Part shown: one piece after another, positions 13,514 through 24,976 of the stretch
Numbering within the stretch: position 1 is the stretch's first letter
Layout of the letters: each line of letters opens with the position of its first letter
Source: Octopus vulgaris
Taxonomy: Eukaryota
Length of the DNA stretch: 64,000 bases
Reading direction: 5' to 3'
NCBI GenBank assembly: GCA_951406725.2
Contig: OX597834.1
Coordinates: 28,086,001 to 28,150,000, forward strand
Program-made: the position numbers and the translations under genes
The notes under the pieces: model-generated
What the model was told of the DNA's origin: nothing
Database searches by the model: none
Seen by the model: only the letters and a program-made list of their open reading frames with translations

Positions 13514-14322
13514 ATATATGATGATTGATTGATTCTAGTTTCAGCTCATGAGCTACCCCAGACGCCATGTATCGCTCTATGTATATGTACACACATGTAA
13601 TAGAAACAAAATTGATTGCCATCTCGATAATGATTAAGCGGCACGGTGGAAGAATAGTTAGCACGTCCGATGAAATGCTTAGCGACATTTCGTGCCTTTA
13701 CGTTCTGAGTTCAAATTCCGCCGAGATCGACTCTGCCTTTTATCCTTACGGAGTTGGTAAAATAAGTACCAGTTGAATACTGGAGTTGATGTAATCGACT
13801 TATCCGCTCCTTGAAATTCCTGGCCTTGTACCGAAATTTAAAACGAATACATATGATGATTGTTTGCTTCCATCATTAAAAACCGACCTCTTAACACAGA
13901 TGGAGTAACACAAATGTAAATGGCGTAACATCCAAGCGTTGGCTAAAAAGGGAGATAACACGAGGTAACTGTTGCCGTTCTATGCAAAGTGTGTAAAATT
14001 AAGGTGCATTTCACCATATAGTAGGTAACATTTGATGGTCGCCCTCCAATGACTGAAATTTATAAACAGAACAAAGTAACATGTAGGTACGTGTGTATGC
14101 ATGTGTATCGGCCGAAATTGCGAGGATAATCTGGTGCTTGACTGAGGATAGAGGGCTTCGGATGACCCGTCCTTGTTTTTTTTGCATCGTCTATTTGGAT
14201 GTTTTGTTGTCTCTTTTTGTTTCACCTAGTTGTCCGGAAGTTTTGCGTTCTAGTCCCATTTTGTATTTTATATATATATACATACATATATATGTGTGCG
14301 TTTGTATATACGTGTGTGCGTT

Positions 14323-14362
<40 letters not shown>

Positions 14363-14404
14363 CATCGATAGATAGATATGTACATTCATGACTATATATA
14401 TATA

Positions 14405-14863
14405 GTGACGCATATTTGCCATTTGAATATGGCTAACCCCTAAGGGTGGATGCTACTGTAGTTTGTAGCCCCAGGAAGATATCTCCTCCAGCTGGCTATA
14501 GACACACTATCTGTGTCCTCTCAGTATTTGTGAAGGGGAGTCATCCTCCCCGTCTTCAACTCATGATACACACGGACCCGAGTTTCAAGGTGTTTACCTT
14601 TCATCAGCGTGTGCCAATCATGGTTGTCGACGAGAAGTCAGCTCCCTTCACAAATACATATACTTTTTCCAGTGTCGATTGACACTGATATTGAAAAAGT
14701 GAAATCAAACAATGATAAATCTCAGAGCGAGTTATAAACAGTAGCGGTAACACATCGTGACGCATATCTGCCATTTGAATATGGCTAACCCCTAAGGGTG
14801 GATGCTACTGTAGTTTGTAGCCCCAGGAAGATATCTCCTCCAGCTGGCTATAGACACACTATC

Positions 14864-14864
<1 letters not shown>
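14405..14864 (-). mobile_element. Same family, ~1.3 copies of a 352-bp monomer embedded in (TA)n
   Basis: gtgacgcata recurs at 14405 and 14757; nearly identical to 11022-11460. Confidence 0.78.
14569..14613 (-). ncRNA. Type I hammerhead ribozyme, canonical core (identical to 11179-11223)
   Basis: Same 45-nt motif in a second copy of the ~352-bp repeat. Confidence 0.9.
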
Positions 14865-14922
<58 letters not shown>

Positions 14923-15285
14923 TCTTTTACTCTCTCTCTTTACTCTTTTACTCTCTCTCTTTACTCTTTTACTTGTTTCAGTCATTTGACTGCGGCCATG
15001 CTGGAGCACCGCCTTTAGTCGAGCAAATCGACCCCGGGACTTATTCTTTGTAAGCCCCAGTACTTATTCTATCGGTCTCTTTTGCCGAACCGCTAAGTGA
15101 CGGGGGACATAAACACACCAGCATCGGTTGTCAACCAATGCTAGGGGGACAAACACAGACACACAAACACACACATATATATATATATACATATATACGA
15201 CAGGTTTCTTCCAGTTTCCGTCTACCAAATCCACTCACAAGGCATTGGTCGGCCCGGGGTTATAGCAGAAGACACTTGCCACACA

Positions 15286-15346
<61 letters not shown>

Positions 15347-15422
15347 TATGGTGATATTAAGTTAGACATGGCCTGGACCAAATTTTGTTCGAAACATATC
15401 TAAATTTATCTAAATTTATCTA

Positions 15423-15465
<43 letters not shown>

Positions 15466-15506
15466 AATGAATAAAAGAGGTACATTTTTTTCCGTTTCCC
15501 ACTTAC

Positions 15507-15582
15507 CACATTGGCTCCACTTCAGTGATTCCACATAAGATACCAACAACAACAGAGAGAAACTCAACCAAATTCTCGACAT
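15507..15582 (-). CDS. GM2-activator-like (ML domain) gene, coding exon 1: MSRIWLSFSLLLLVSYVESLKWSQC(G)
   Basis: ATG, hydrophobic signal peptide, W-x-x-C motif like GM2A FSWDNC, GTAAGT donor in phase 1 that joins the 3196-3388 exon in frame (G+GA). Confidence 0.8.
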
Positions 15583-15619
15583 CCTGTCTTTTTTTTACAA
15601 ATTGTCTTCTGTATCGTGA

Positions 15620-15654
15620 GACTGTTCAGGACGCCGTGAACGCCGTTATATATA
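15620..15654 (-). promoter_or_regulatory. Candidate TATA box (TATATATAA) plus Inr-like CAGT for the GM2A-like gene
   Basis: TATA about 30 nt upstream of ACAGTC, which is about 40 nt upstream of the ATG at 15582. Confidence 0.5.
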
Positions 15655-15803
15655 CATGTAACGTATGCTATGTGCCACATATAAACAAACATAAATACAT
15701 GTGTGTGTGTGTGTGTGTGTCTGTCTGTGTGTCTGTGTACTTTTATTTTTTTTTTTGCTTACGTATTTAGATATATTTTGTTTCACATATAACTCTGTGT
15801 TAT

Positions 15804-15839
<36 letters not shown>

Positions 15840-15864
15840 CATATACATATATATATATACATAT

Positions 15865-16029
<165 letters not shown>

Positions 16030-16176
16030 TACATGTGTGTGTGTGTGTATGTGTGTGTGTGCGTTTATGAATATGCATGTATTTGCTTGCAACAGATGTG
16101 TCCTATTCATAAATCTCCCACGAATTTCGTTTAATTTGGCGATGACGGCCATAACGGTAGCAGCGGTGGCTAATAT

Positions 16177-16255
<79 letters not shown>

Positions 16256-17219
16256 TGATAATAGTGGTGGTGGTGGTGGTGGTGGTAGGAGATATTAGTT
16301 ATAGTGGTTGTGAGAGGGGCTATTCATTAATGCTGGTGATGAGGGTTAGTGAGAGGTAATATTAGTAGTGACAGTGGGGGGGCGCGGTACCTGATATTAG
16401 TTAATGGAGAGGTGGGTGATGGTAGTTGTGATGGTTGTGGTAGGAGGATAGGAGTTAATCTTCGTGATGGTAATACTAGTGGTAGGAGGTACTATAAGTA
16501 ATGGTGGTGGTGGTGGTGGTGGTGGTGGTGGCGGCGGACGTGATTCTGGCATTGAAAGTGGGTGTGCTTAAACGTTGGGGGGGGGGGTTGTGTTGATGAT
16601 GATTATGATGGTGGTAGTGATGATGATGATGTTGATGGTGGTGGGCGTTGACGATGATGATGAGGAGGAGGTCTTCTCAATTAGAAACTGTAATGAAAGT
16701 GTGGGGTACAGAAGGACGAGGAATGAGTGATAGGTGCGAAGAGTGGCGGAGGGAGCAAGTAGTGGGGGAAGAAAGATCGGTGTGGTGAGGTGATGTGAAA
16801 TGTTGGGGGTACGGTTCATTAATAAGGCTACACAACACAAAACCTATTTTTCTCCCCAATTATGAAAATTTTATCGAGGCTTTTGGCACCTCTCACTCGC
16901 AATATCTTGATAATCTTTTTTTTCTTTTTTTACTTTTTCATCTTTTGTTTCTTTCTTTCTTTCACTGGGCTGCGGCCATGCTGGGATACCCGCCTTAATG
17001 GGTTTTTAGCCGAACAAATCGATATCCAGTCCTTAATTTTAATTTGTATATATATATATATATATATATATAGCAACAATAAATTTCTGAGCGAGACATA
17101 AACAGCAGCAGCACGACATCGTGAAGAACACCTGCCACCCAAATGTGGCCGACCCCTAAGGGCCGATGCTACTGTAGCTTGCAGCCCCAGGAAGACATCT
17201 CCTCCAGCTGGCTTTGACA

Positions 17220-17318
<99 letters not shown>

Positions 17319-17460
17319 TTGAGATCACCATGTCGCGCACATATGGTTGTGATGCATGTGCCTGGTGTACCCTTATCAGACGGGTAGTCATGATGGGTAT
17401 ATTGGGCTTCGTATATTTTACCCCAGTGTCGCTTTGATGGCATGCACTGCTCTCTCACTC

Positions 17461-17527
<67 letters not shown>

Positions 17528-18189
17528 GATTTGCTCATCAGTTGCTTGACCTTAATCAGTTGGGCATGTCCCTTAGTGGCTGACGATATGTGCATCTCTG
17601 ATCACGAGCAGAAGTCTTGGGGGAGCATCATAGCCATGTGTTGAGAGGAATTCCTTGGGGTTTGAATAATTCCCCCCAGCAAACATGGGTGTCTTGCTCA
17701 TCCTTAAACAACCCTTATTCAGGGGCCTTTTGAGCGAGATGGGCCAGTTGACTCGAAGAAAATTCTAACTAGGCCATAGCTCCAAGGTTATGTGCAGTTT
17801 ATCTTAATATGTTGCGCACATGTGATTGCGATGCATGTGCCTGGTGCACCTTTATCAGACTGATAGTCTTGACCGGTATATTAGGTTTCGTATATTTGCG
17901 CCCCAGGGTCACTTTGGTGGCATGTGCTGCTCTCTCACTCGGTAATAATAATAACACTTTCTACTATAGGCACAAGGCCTGAAATCTGGAGGAGGGATAT
18001 AGCAGATTACATCAACCCCAGTGTTCAACTGGTACTTATTTTATCGACCCTGAAAGGATGAAAAGCAAAGTCGACCTCGGCGGAATTTGAACTCAGAACA
18101 TAAAGGCAGACAAAATGCCGCTAAGCATTTTGTTCGACGCGCTAACGATTCTGCCAGCTTGCTGCCTTAATAATAATAATAATAACTTC

Positions 18190-18760
18190 TTTATTAACCA
18201 CAAAGGTTAAGTAAAACATTGTGGACAGCACAGGAGAAATAGAATGTTGATTTATATGATAGTTGCGTAAACAATGAAAAACAATCAATTATAACAGCAA
18301 AATACCACCCCAAAAGAGGGAGACCTCCCTGGACTGCTCGTGGAAACCCAACAAATCCATGACAGTCCTGACCACCAGGGTAAGCACTCTCTCCACTTTA
18401 TCTACAAGCGCATGCTTGGAGTACGCCCAATTACTCAAACCGTTCTTCCTACATTCAAAATTGCTAAGGGGCAAAATTTTCCTCTCCACCCTCGCTTTCC
18501 TTTTCAAGTGAAACTTGAAAAAGTTGATGAGGGCTTGGCCAAAGAGTGAAGAATCTGTCTTCAGCCCTTTCAGTCTGGACCACCACATAACCTCTTTCGC
18601 TAAAGCCCACCCAGCAAAGGAAAACAGCCTGCCCTTCCCGGCCAAAGGAAGGCGGCGGGACAATCTCCACGATGGACTCAGCCGATTGCCCGATTTGTCC
18701 CACACGTCAGAAATATTCCACAAATCAGAAATATTCGGGCACTGGGCGAGAGCGTGAATA
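18190..18760 (-). pseudogene. 3' end of a Tx1/L1-type LINE ORF2
   Basis: HALAQCP...LW zinc-finger-like motif and a W-x-x-R C-terminal motif; (AAT)n/SINE flanks. Confidence 0.5.
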
Positions 18761-19682
18761 AGCCTTTCTACTAAAGGCACAAGGCCTGAAATTCTGGGAG
18801 AGGGGACTAGTCGATTACATCGATCCCAGTGTTTCAACGGTACTCAATTTATTGACCCCAAAAGGATGAAAGGCAAAGTCGACCTCGGCGGAATTTGAAC
18901 TCACAACGTAAAGACGGACGAATGATAATAATAATCCTTTCTACTATAGCTACAAGGCCTGAAATTTTGAGGGAGGGGGGGCAGTCGATTACATCAACCC
19001 CAGTGTTCAACTGCTACTTACTTTATCGATCCCGAAAGGATGAAAGTCAAAGTTGACCTCGCCGGAATTTGAACTCAGAACGTAGCGGCAGACGAAATAC
19101 CTATTTCTTTACTACTCACAAGGGGCTAAACACAGAGAGGACAAACAAAGACAGACAAACGGATTAAGTCGATTATATCGACCCCAGTGCATAGCTGGTA
19201 CTTATTTAATCGACCCCGAAAGGATGAAAGGCAAAGTCGACCTCGGCGGAATTTGAACTCAGAACTCAGACATTGCTTGTCCGGGGACTTTTTGTTTTTT
19301 TTGACATCCTAACAGTGTTTACACTATACTTCATAAAGGGTACGGCTGGACATGACAAACGGGTACGCTGAAAGTAAAAACACGCGGAGACCCTGCTACA
19401 GATGTTCGTTGGGCGAATGTGTCGGCATTCTGTTCGTGGTTTCTGTAGGCGGAATGATATGAGTAAACAATCCGTCGGATCACTGGCCTTCACGTCGATC
19501 AGACGGCTGGGAAGGTGCGCATACTGTACAAGTACTATCGGTTCTCTGATTATGATATAACGGCCTCCGATGTTCTAGATAAAGGTTATTGATATTGACA
19601 GCCCTATCTGGAAGGCGAAAGGTTTTGATGTGACGTAATTCCAACCATATGCTGCTGTTCCCGTCCTACTCTCTTTTTCTTC

Positions 19683-19752
<70 letters not shown>

Positions 19753-19891
19753 TTGTTTTCTTCCTCGGTGTCTGTCTTCTGATTCTGGCCATGCTGAGAT
19801 TCCTACTTTGCTTTTGTTTTTTGTTTTTTTTCTTAATATTATTTTCGTTTACATCGACCCGAGTATTTTCCATGTTATATATTTTATCAGA

Positions 19892-20276
19892 GGAGGCGCA
19901 ATGGCCCAGTGGTTAGGGCAGCGGACTCGCGGTCATAGGATCGCGGTTTCCATTCCCAGACCGGGCGTTGTGAGTGTTTATTGAGCGAAAACACCTAAAA
20001 GCTCCACGAGGCTCCAGCAGGGATGGTGGTGATCCCTGCTGTACTCTTTCACCACAACTTTCTCTCACTCTTTCTTCCTGTTTCTGTTGTACCTGTATTT
20101 CAAGGGGCCGGCCTTGTCACTCTCTGTGTTACGCTGAATATCCCCGAGAACTACGTTAAGGGTACACGTGTCTGTGGAGTGCTCAGCCACTTACACGTTA
20201 ATTTCACGAGCAGGCTGTTCCGTTGATTCGGATCAACCGGAACCCTCATCGTCGTAACCGACGAAGTGCTAGAGAG
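19892..20276 (+). mobile_element. tRNA-derived SINE (family A)
   Basis: A box TGGCCCAGTGG and B-box-like sequence; TSD attttatcaga at 19881 and 20277; near-identical to 61119-61502. Confidence 0.9.
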
Positions 20277-20287
20277 ATTTTATCAGA

Positions 20288-21180
20288 ATAGGTCAACGTT
20301 AATGTGAACGAACGTAACTGGACGCATCGATCTAAAGGCAACCTTCGCCACACACGCCCCCGCGCGCGCGAACGAGGGCCGGAACGCAGGTTGAACTTCA
20401 ATGCCTACCCCCAAAAGTGTGTTGCGCCTTTGGGAAAGCGAGGAGGAGTGTTGCGAAAATCCGATAACTGTCACTGAAATATGGCAAGCGATGCTTAATT
20501 GTACATGAGGCAAATCGCCTGGTTTTGATGATCTACCATGCGAACTTTTCGCTTTTATACTAAATTTCTAAGCCAACGTCTTGACATATATCTACTGCAA
20601 CTGGTAGCAAAACGGGAGAACCTGCCAGTTCAGTGGCTTTGCTGTGAAAGGAACCGAATATAGAGAATGTGGAGGACATAGCCTAGTGGTTACAGCAGCG
20701 GACTCGCGGTCGAGGGATCGCGGGTTCGAATCTCAGACCGGACGATATGTGTTTATGAGCGAAAACATCTAAACTCCACGTGGCTCCGGCATAAGGTAAT
20801 AGCGAACTTCTACTGACTCTTTCACCACTACTTTCTCTCACTCTTTCTTCTTGCATCTAGTAGCTCACCTGCGACGGACGGGCGTCCCGTCCAGGTGGGG
20901 AACCTATGCGCCAAGGAAACCGGGAAACCGGCCCTTATGAACCAGGTGTGGCTCAAGAAGGAACAAAACAATATAGAGAATACATTGAGAGTTTTCGTCC
21001 CTATAACTCTGCTAAACGCAGATTTCAAGATTTTTCCCAAAATAATAGCGAAAAGGTTGACGCTTTTCATCAGTAGTCTGGCTGGTGTTGTACAAATACG
21101 CAACATCCCAAACAGGTCCGTTCACGACGTATTCCGCATCATCCCATACATAATAGAAAGGACGGGGGCGAGGAGTCTGG
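20288..21180 (+). pseudogene. Decayed Tx1/L1-type reverse transcriptase fragment interrupted by a SINE
   Basis: KSPGFDDLPCE and PITLLNADFKIFPKIIAKRL motifs; stops and frameshifts. Confidence 0.75.
20669..20969 (+). mobile_element. tRNA-derived SINE (family A head, different tail); relatives at 381-660, 8030-8295 and 54012-54318 on the minus strand
   Basis: GGTTCGAATC B box; TSD aatatagagaat at 20657 and 20970. Confidence 0.88.
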
Positions 21181-21452
21181 TATGAGTGAGGTTCTAGTGA
21201 CAATAACTCTGAGCACCTGCGGCGAGCTGGCAGAAACGTTAGCACACCGGGCGAAATGCATAGCAGTATTCCATCTGCCGTTACGTTCTGAGTTCAAATT
21301 CCGCTGAGGTCGACTTTGCCTTTCATCCTTTCGGGGTCGATAAATTAAGTACCAGTTACGCACTGGGGTCGATATAATCGACTTAATACCTATGACTGTC
21401 ATTGTTTGTCCCCTCTATGTTTAGCCCCTTGTGGGTAATAAAGAAATAGGTA

Positions 21453-22673
21453 CTACGGACCTATTCTAGCTCGCGTGACGCCATCGCCCTCTTCGACAAG
21501 GGTATTATTAACAAAGAGCTGGCAAAATGTTTGCCAGCTAAAAATTATTATGTGACCAGGGGTGTCAAATACGCCACGGTGTGGCTACTTTTCGACACTC
21601 CTGAGGAGGTTTGCACTGTGGAAGGCCAGGCCTGGAAGGGGAGGAGATTTTGTTTCTTCCCACATATCGTGGAAAGAAGGTGATAAGGGCCCGGGTATGT
21701 GGTCTTCCCCCGGGCACCGGAGCGGGGCGAATTGCAGATGCCATCCGGCGAGGCCTGGGGGATAGCGGGCCCAGGCTTTTAAATACAGAGATAAAGCCTG
21801 CGGTCGACTGGGAGGGTGCAAAGGCAACTTTGACCCTATGGAGCCCAGTGCCCGCGGGGGAAATGACTTTCTCCGACTTTTTAAAAATGGATGGCTCAAG
21901 GTATCCAGTGATACTTGAGGGTCGCCCCCCCCCACCACCAATGTGTCACTCGTGCCTGGAGTCAGGCCACATTAAGAAGGACTGCCCTGGGGGCCGTGGT
22001 AAGGTCCCGGAACAGGGAAAGATGAAGGTGTCCTCCGCTCTCCCATTGCAGGGAGAAACGGCGGAAGTCGTTGAGGTATCGGCCCCAAAAAGAAGAAAAA
22101 GAAAGGTGAGCAACAATGGTTGCTCACCAACAGACGCGCAGGTTGCGGGAGACGAAGAGGACCCGCCCCCGGGTGTGCCGGTGAAGGCTCCGACTCCCGC
22201 ACCCGTAAGAAGGAAAAAGAGAAACGGGAGACGGTCGGCGGATAACGCTGTGCCGTCGACTAAATCCGATGCTCCTCCGGTGGAAGGTGTGCCACCAGGA
22301 GCGGGAGGCTCTGTCAGTGGGAATTGTGCCACTGACAGAGCGTGCTGAGGCCCCTCCCTGTGAGGAGGACGTGAAACCCGTCGTTTTCTATCTCAGGGAA
22401 GGGTCTCGAGAAATGCTTGGACGGTCTTCCAGGCCGAGAACGATTGGATTCGGTTTGTATACACTGTCCAGACTGGCCTCCGCAGGTGGCTGCGGACGTC
22501 GTGAGTCAGAAGGAGCTGTTCGAGGTCATGGTGACCTTGTAATAAGGAAGATTTTGCTTTCCTCTTTCCGGGCCCCGACCTGCCGATGCAGGCTTTCCTG
22601 CAGGCGGCGTGGCATTTGCTTGGGGGCTCCGATGAAGAGGATTGATCTTAAAGATTGTCTGTGTTTTGAATAA
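21453..22673 (+). pseudogene. Decayed ORF1 (gag-like) of a Tx1/L1-type LINE
   Basis: GC-rich 245-aa ORF with zinc knuckle CHSCLESGHIKKDC followed by a basic, Pro-rich tail; frameshifts upstream. Confidence 0.7.
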
Positions 22674-23193
22674 TATATATATGGGGTTTATTAACAGCTT
22701 TTATTGAAGAACTCAAAAGAGTTGTCTCCCCTTATTCACAACACAGGAACTGAAGAACCACAATTACTACTACTTCCTGTTTTGCCAACATCCTCAATTA
22801 AACCAAACAACACATGCTCTTAATCCCATTGGATCCTAATACCTCAAGGTAATTTTTTCGTGAACAATCATTAAACTCAAGATACACAACGAACTCACAA
22901 TGTATCGGAGTACTTATTTTTTAATTTTTGTACATATTTATTATTATTCTTTTGCAAAAATCAATGCAATTTTCTTTTTTTCCCCTTTCTAATTTTTAAA
23001 AAACTTTTTCACCTAAATATTCTTGACAAGTCATACAATGACGAAAACCGGTTTGAATAAATATATATTTATATATTTTATCAATTTCTCATTTCATTAA
23101 AATTTTCTTTCATTTGAGCATTCTGCATTTTTACAATTTTTCCTTGCTTATCATTTCTCCACGTGCGGTCAACACAACCCCACCATTTATTGA

Positions 23194-23234
<41 letters not shown>

Positions 23235-23826
23235 ATATTATTATATATATTTGTAATGGACTATTAAGTCCAATAATTGTCGTTTTTGATAGAAAAAAAA
23301 AAGAACAATGTTTTAGAGAAGCAGAAAATCGGCGGGCGTTTTCTGCCTTCTCTCATCAATATCATCCTTGTTTCATCATTCACCTCATCAATGGATATGT
23401 CCAGCCCGCAAGCTGCTCTTTGTAATGCCTTTATGGCAAATCTTAATAAAATAAAGTAGCTTGCTTACCAACCACATAGTTCCGGGTTCAGTCCCACTGC
23501 GTGGCACCTTGGGCAAGTATCTTCTACTATAGCCTTGAGCCGACCAAAGCCTTGTGAGCGGATTTGGTAGACGGAAACTGAAAGAAGCCCCTCATACATA
23601 TGTATATACTCTCTTTTACTCTCTTTTGCTTGTTTCAGTCATTTGACTGCGGCCATGCTGGAGCATCGCCTTTAATCGAGCAACTCGACCCCGGGACTTA
23701 TTCTTTTGTAAGCCCAGTACTTATTCTATCGGTCTCTTTTGCCGAACCGCTAAGTAACGGGGACATAAACACACCAGCATCGGTTGTCAAGCAATGCTAG
23801 GGGGACAAACACAGACACACAAACAT

Positions 23827-23923
<97 letters not shown>

Positions 23924-24933
23924 TACGACGGGCTTCTTTCAGTTTCCCTCAACCAAATCCACTCACAAGGCTTTGGTCGGCCCGTGGCTATAGTAGAAGA
24001 CACTTGCCTAAGTTGCCACGCAGTGGGACTGAACCCGGAACCATGTGGTCGGTAAACAAGCTACTTATCACACAACCACTCCTGCGCCAATATGTGTGTG
24101 TGTGTGTTTGTGTGCCTGTGTTTGTCCCCCCAACATCACTTGACAACCGATGCTGGTGTGTTTACGTCCACGTAACTTAGAAGTTCGGCAAAAGAGAACC
24201 GATAGAATAAGTACTAGGCTTACAAAGAATAAGTCCTGGGGTCGATTTGCTCGACAAAAGGTGGTGCTCCAGCATGGCCACAGTCAAATGATTGAAACAA
24301 ATAAAAGAGTACACAATTCGATTACTACTTTGGATGATAAAATTTCAACGAACTTAAACACTTATGATCAAGGGAATTAACTCTTCACAAAAGGTGTAGA
24401 GTTACTTCCCTTAAAATCTATATCAGAGGGCAGCTACTTCGAATGGCAAGATTTTCAGTACTTGATCATTCGCAACTATCTCATTTATATTTGTCCTCTA
24501 CTCAGGAAATTTAACCTACAAATGTCCTGGTCCACTGGGCGAGTACAACGCCGTAACAATGAAAACTTTATAAAGATGTGGCGACCGTTGTTTAGCCCCA
24601 GGTAAAGTCTGGTTAAGCAGACTTGTCATCAAGTTTATCTTATTTATTGGTGAGACGTTCTTCTAAGCATGATTGTTTTGTTGTGACTACGCACTACAAG
24701 ATCCAATCCCACTGCCCAGTGCAACATATTGATCAACTTTTCTTTATAGATAATTTTAATGTCACCGTCGTTAGACTGCGGCCATGCTGCAGCACGGCCT
24801 TGAGGAATTTTAGTCGAGCGAATCGACCCACTGTACTTATTGTTTTAAACTTGGTAATTCTTCTATCGGTCTCTTATGCCAAATTGCTAAGTTATGGAGA
24901 CGTACACTCACCAACACTGTTTATCAAGAAGGG

Positions 24934-24976
<43 letters not shown>

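Noticed and set aside
19892-19965. tRNA-like sequences
   Set aside because: They are SINE heads with TSDs and tails, and no complete cloverleaf is supported
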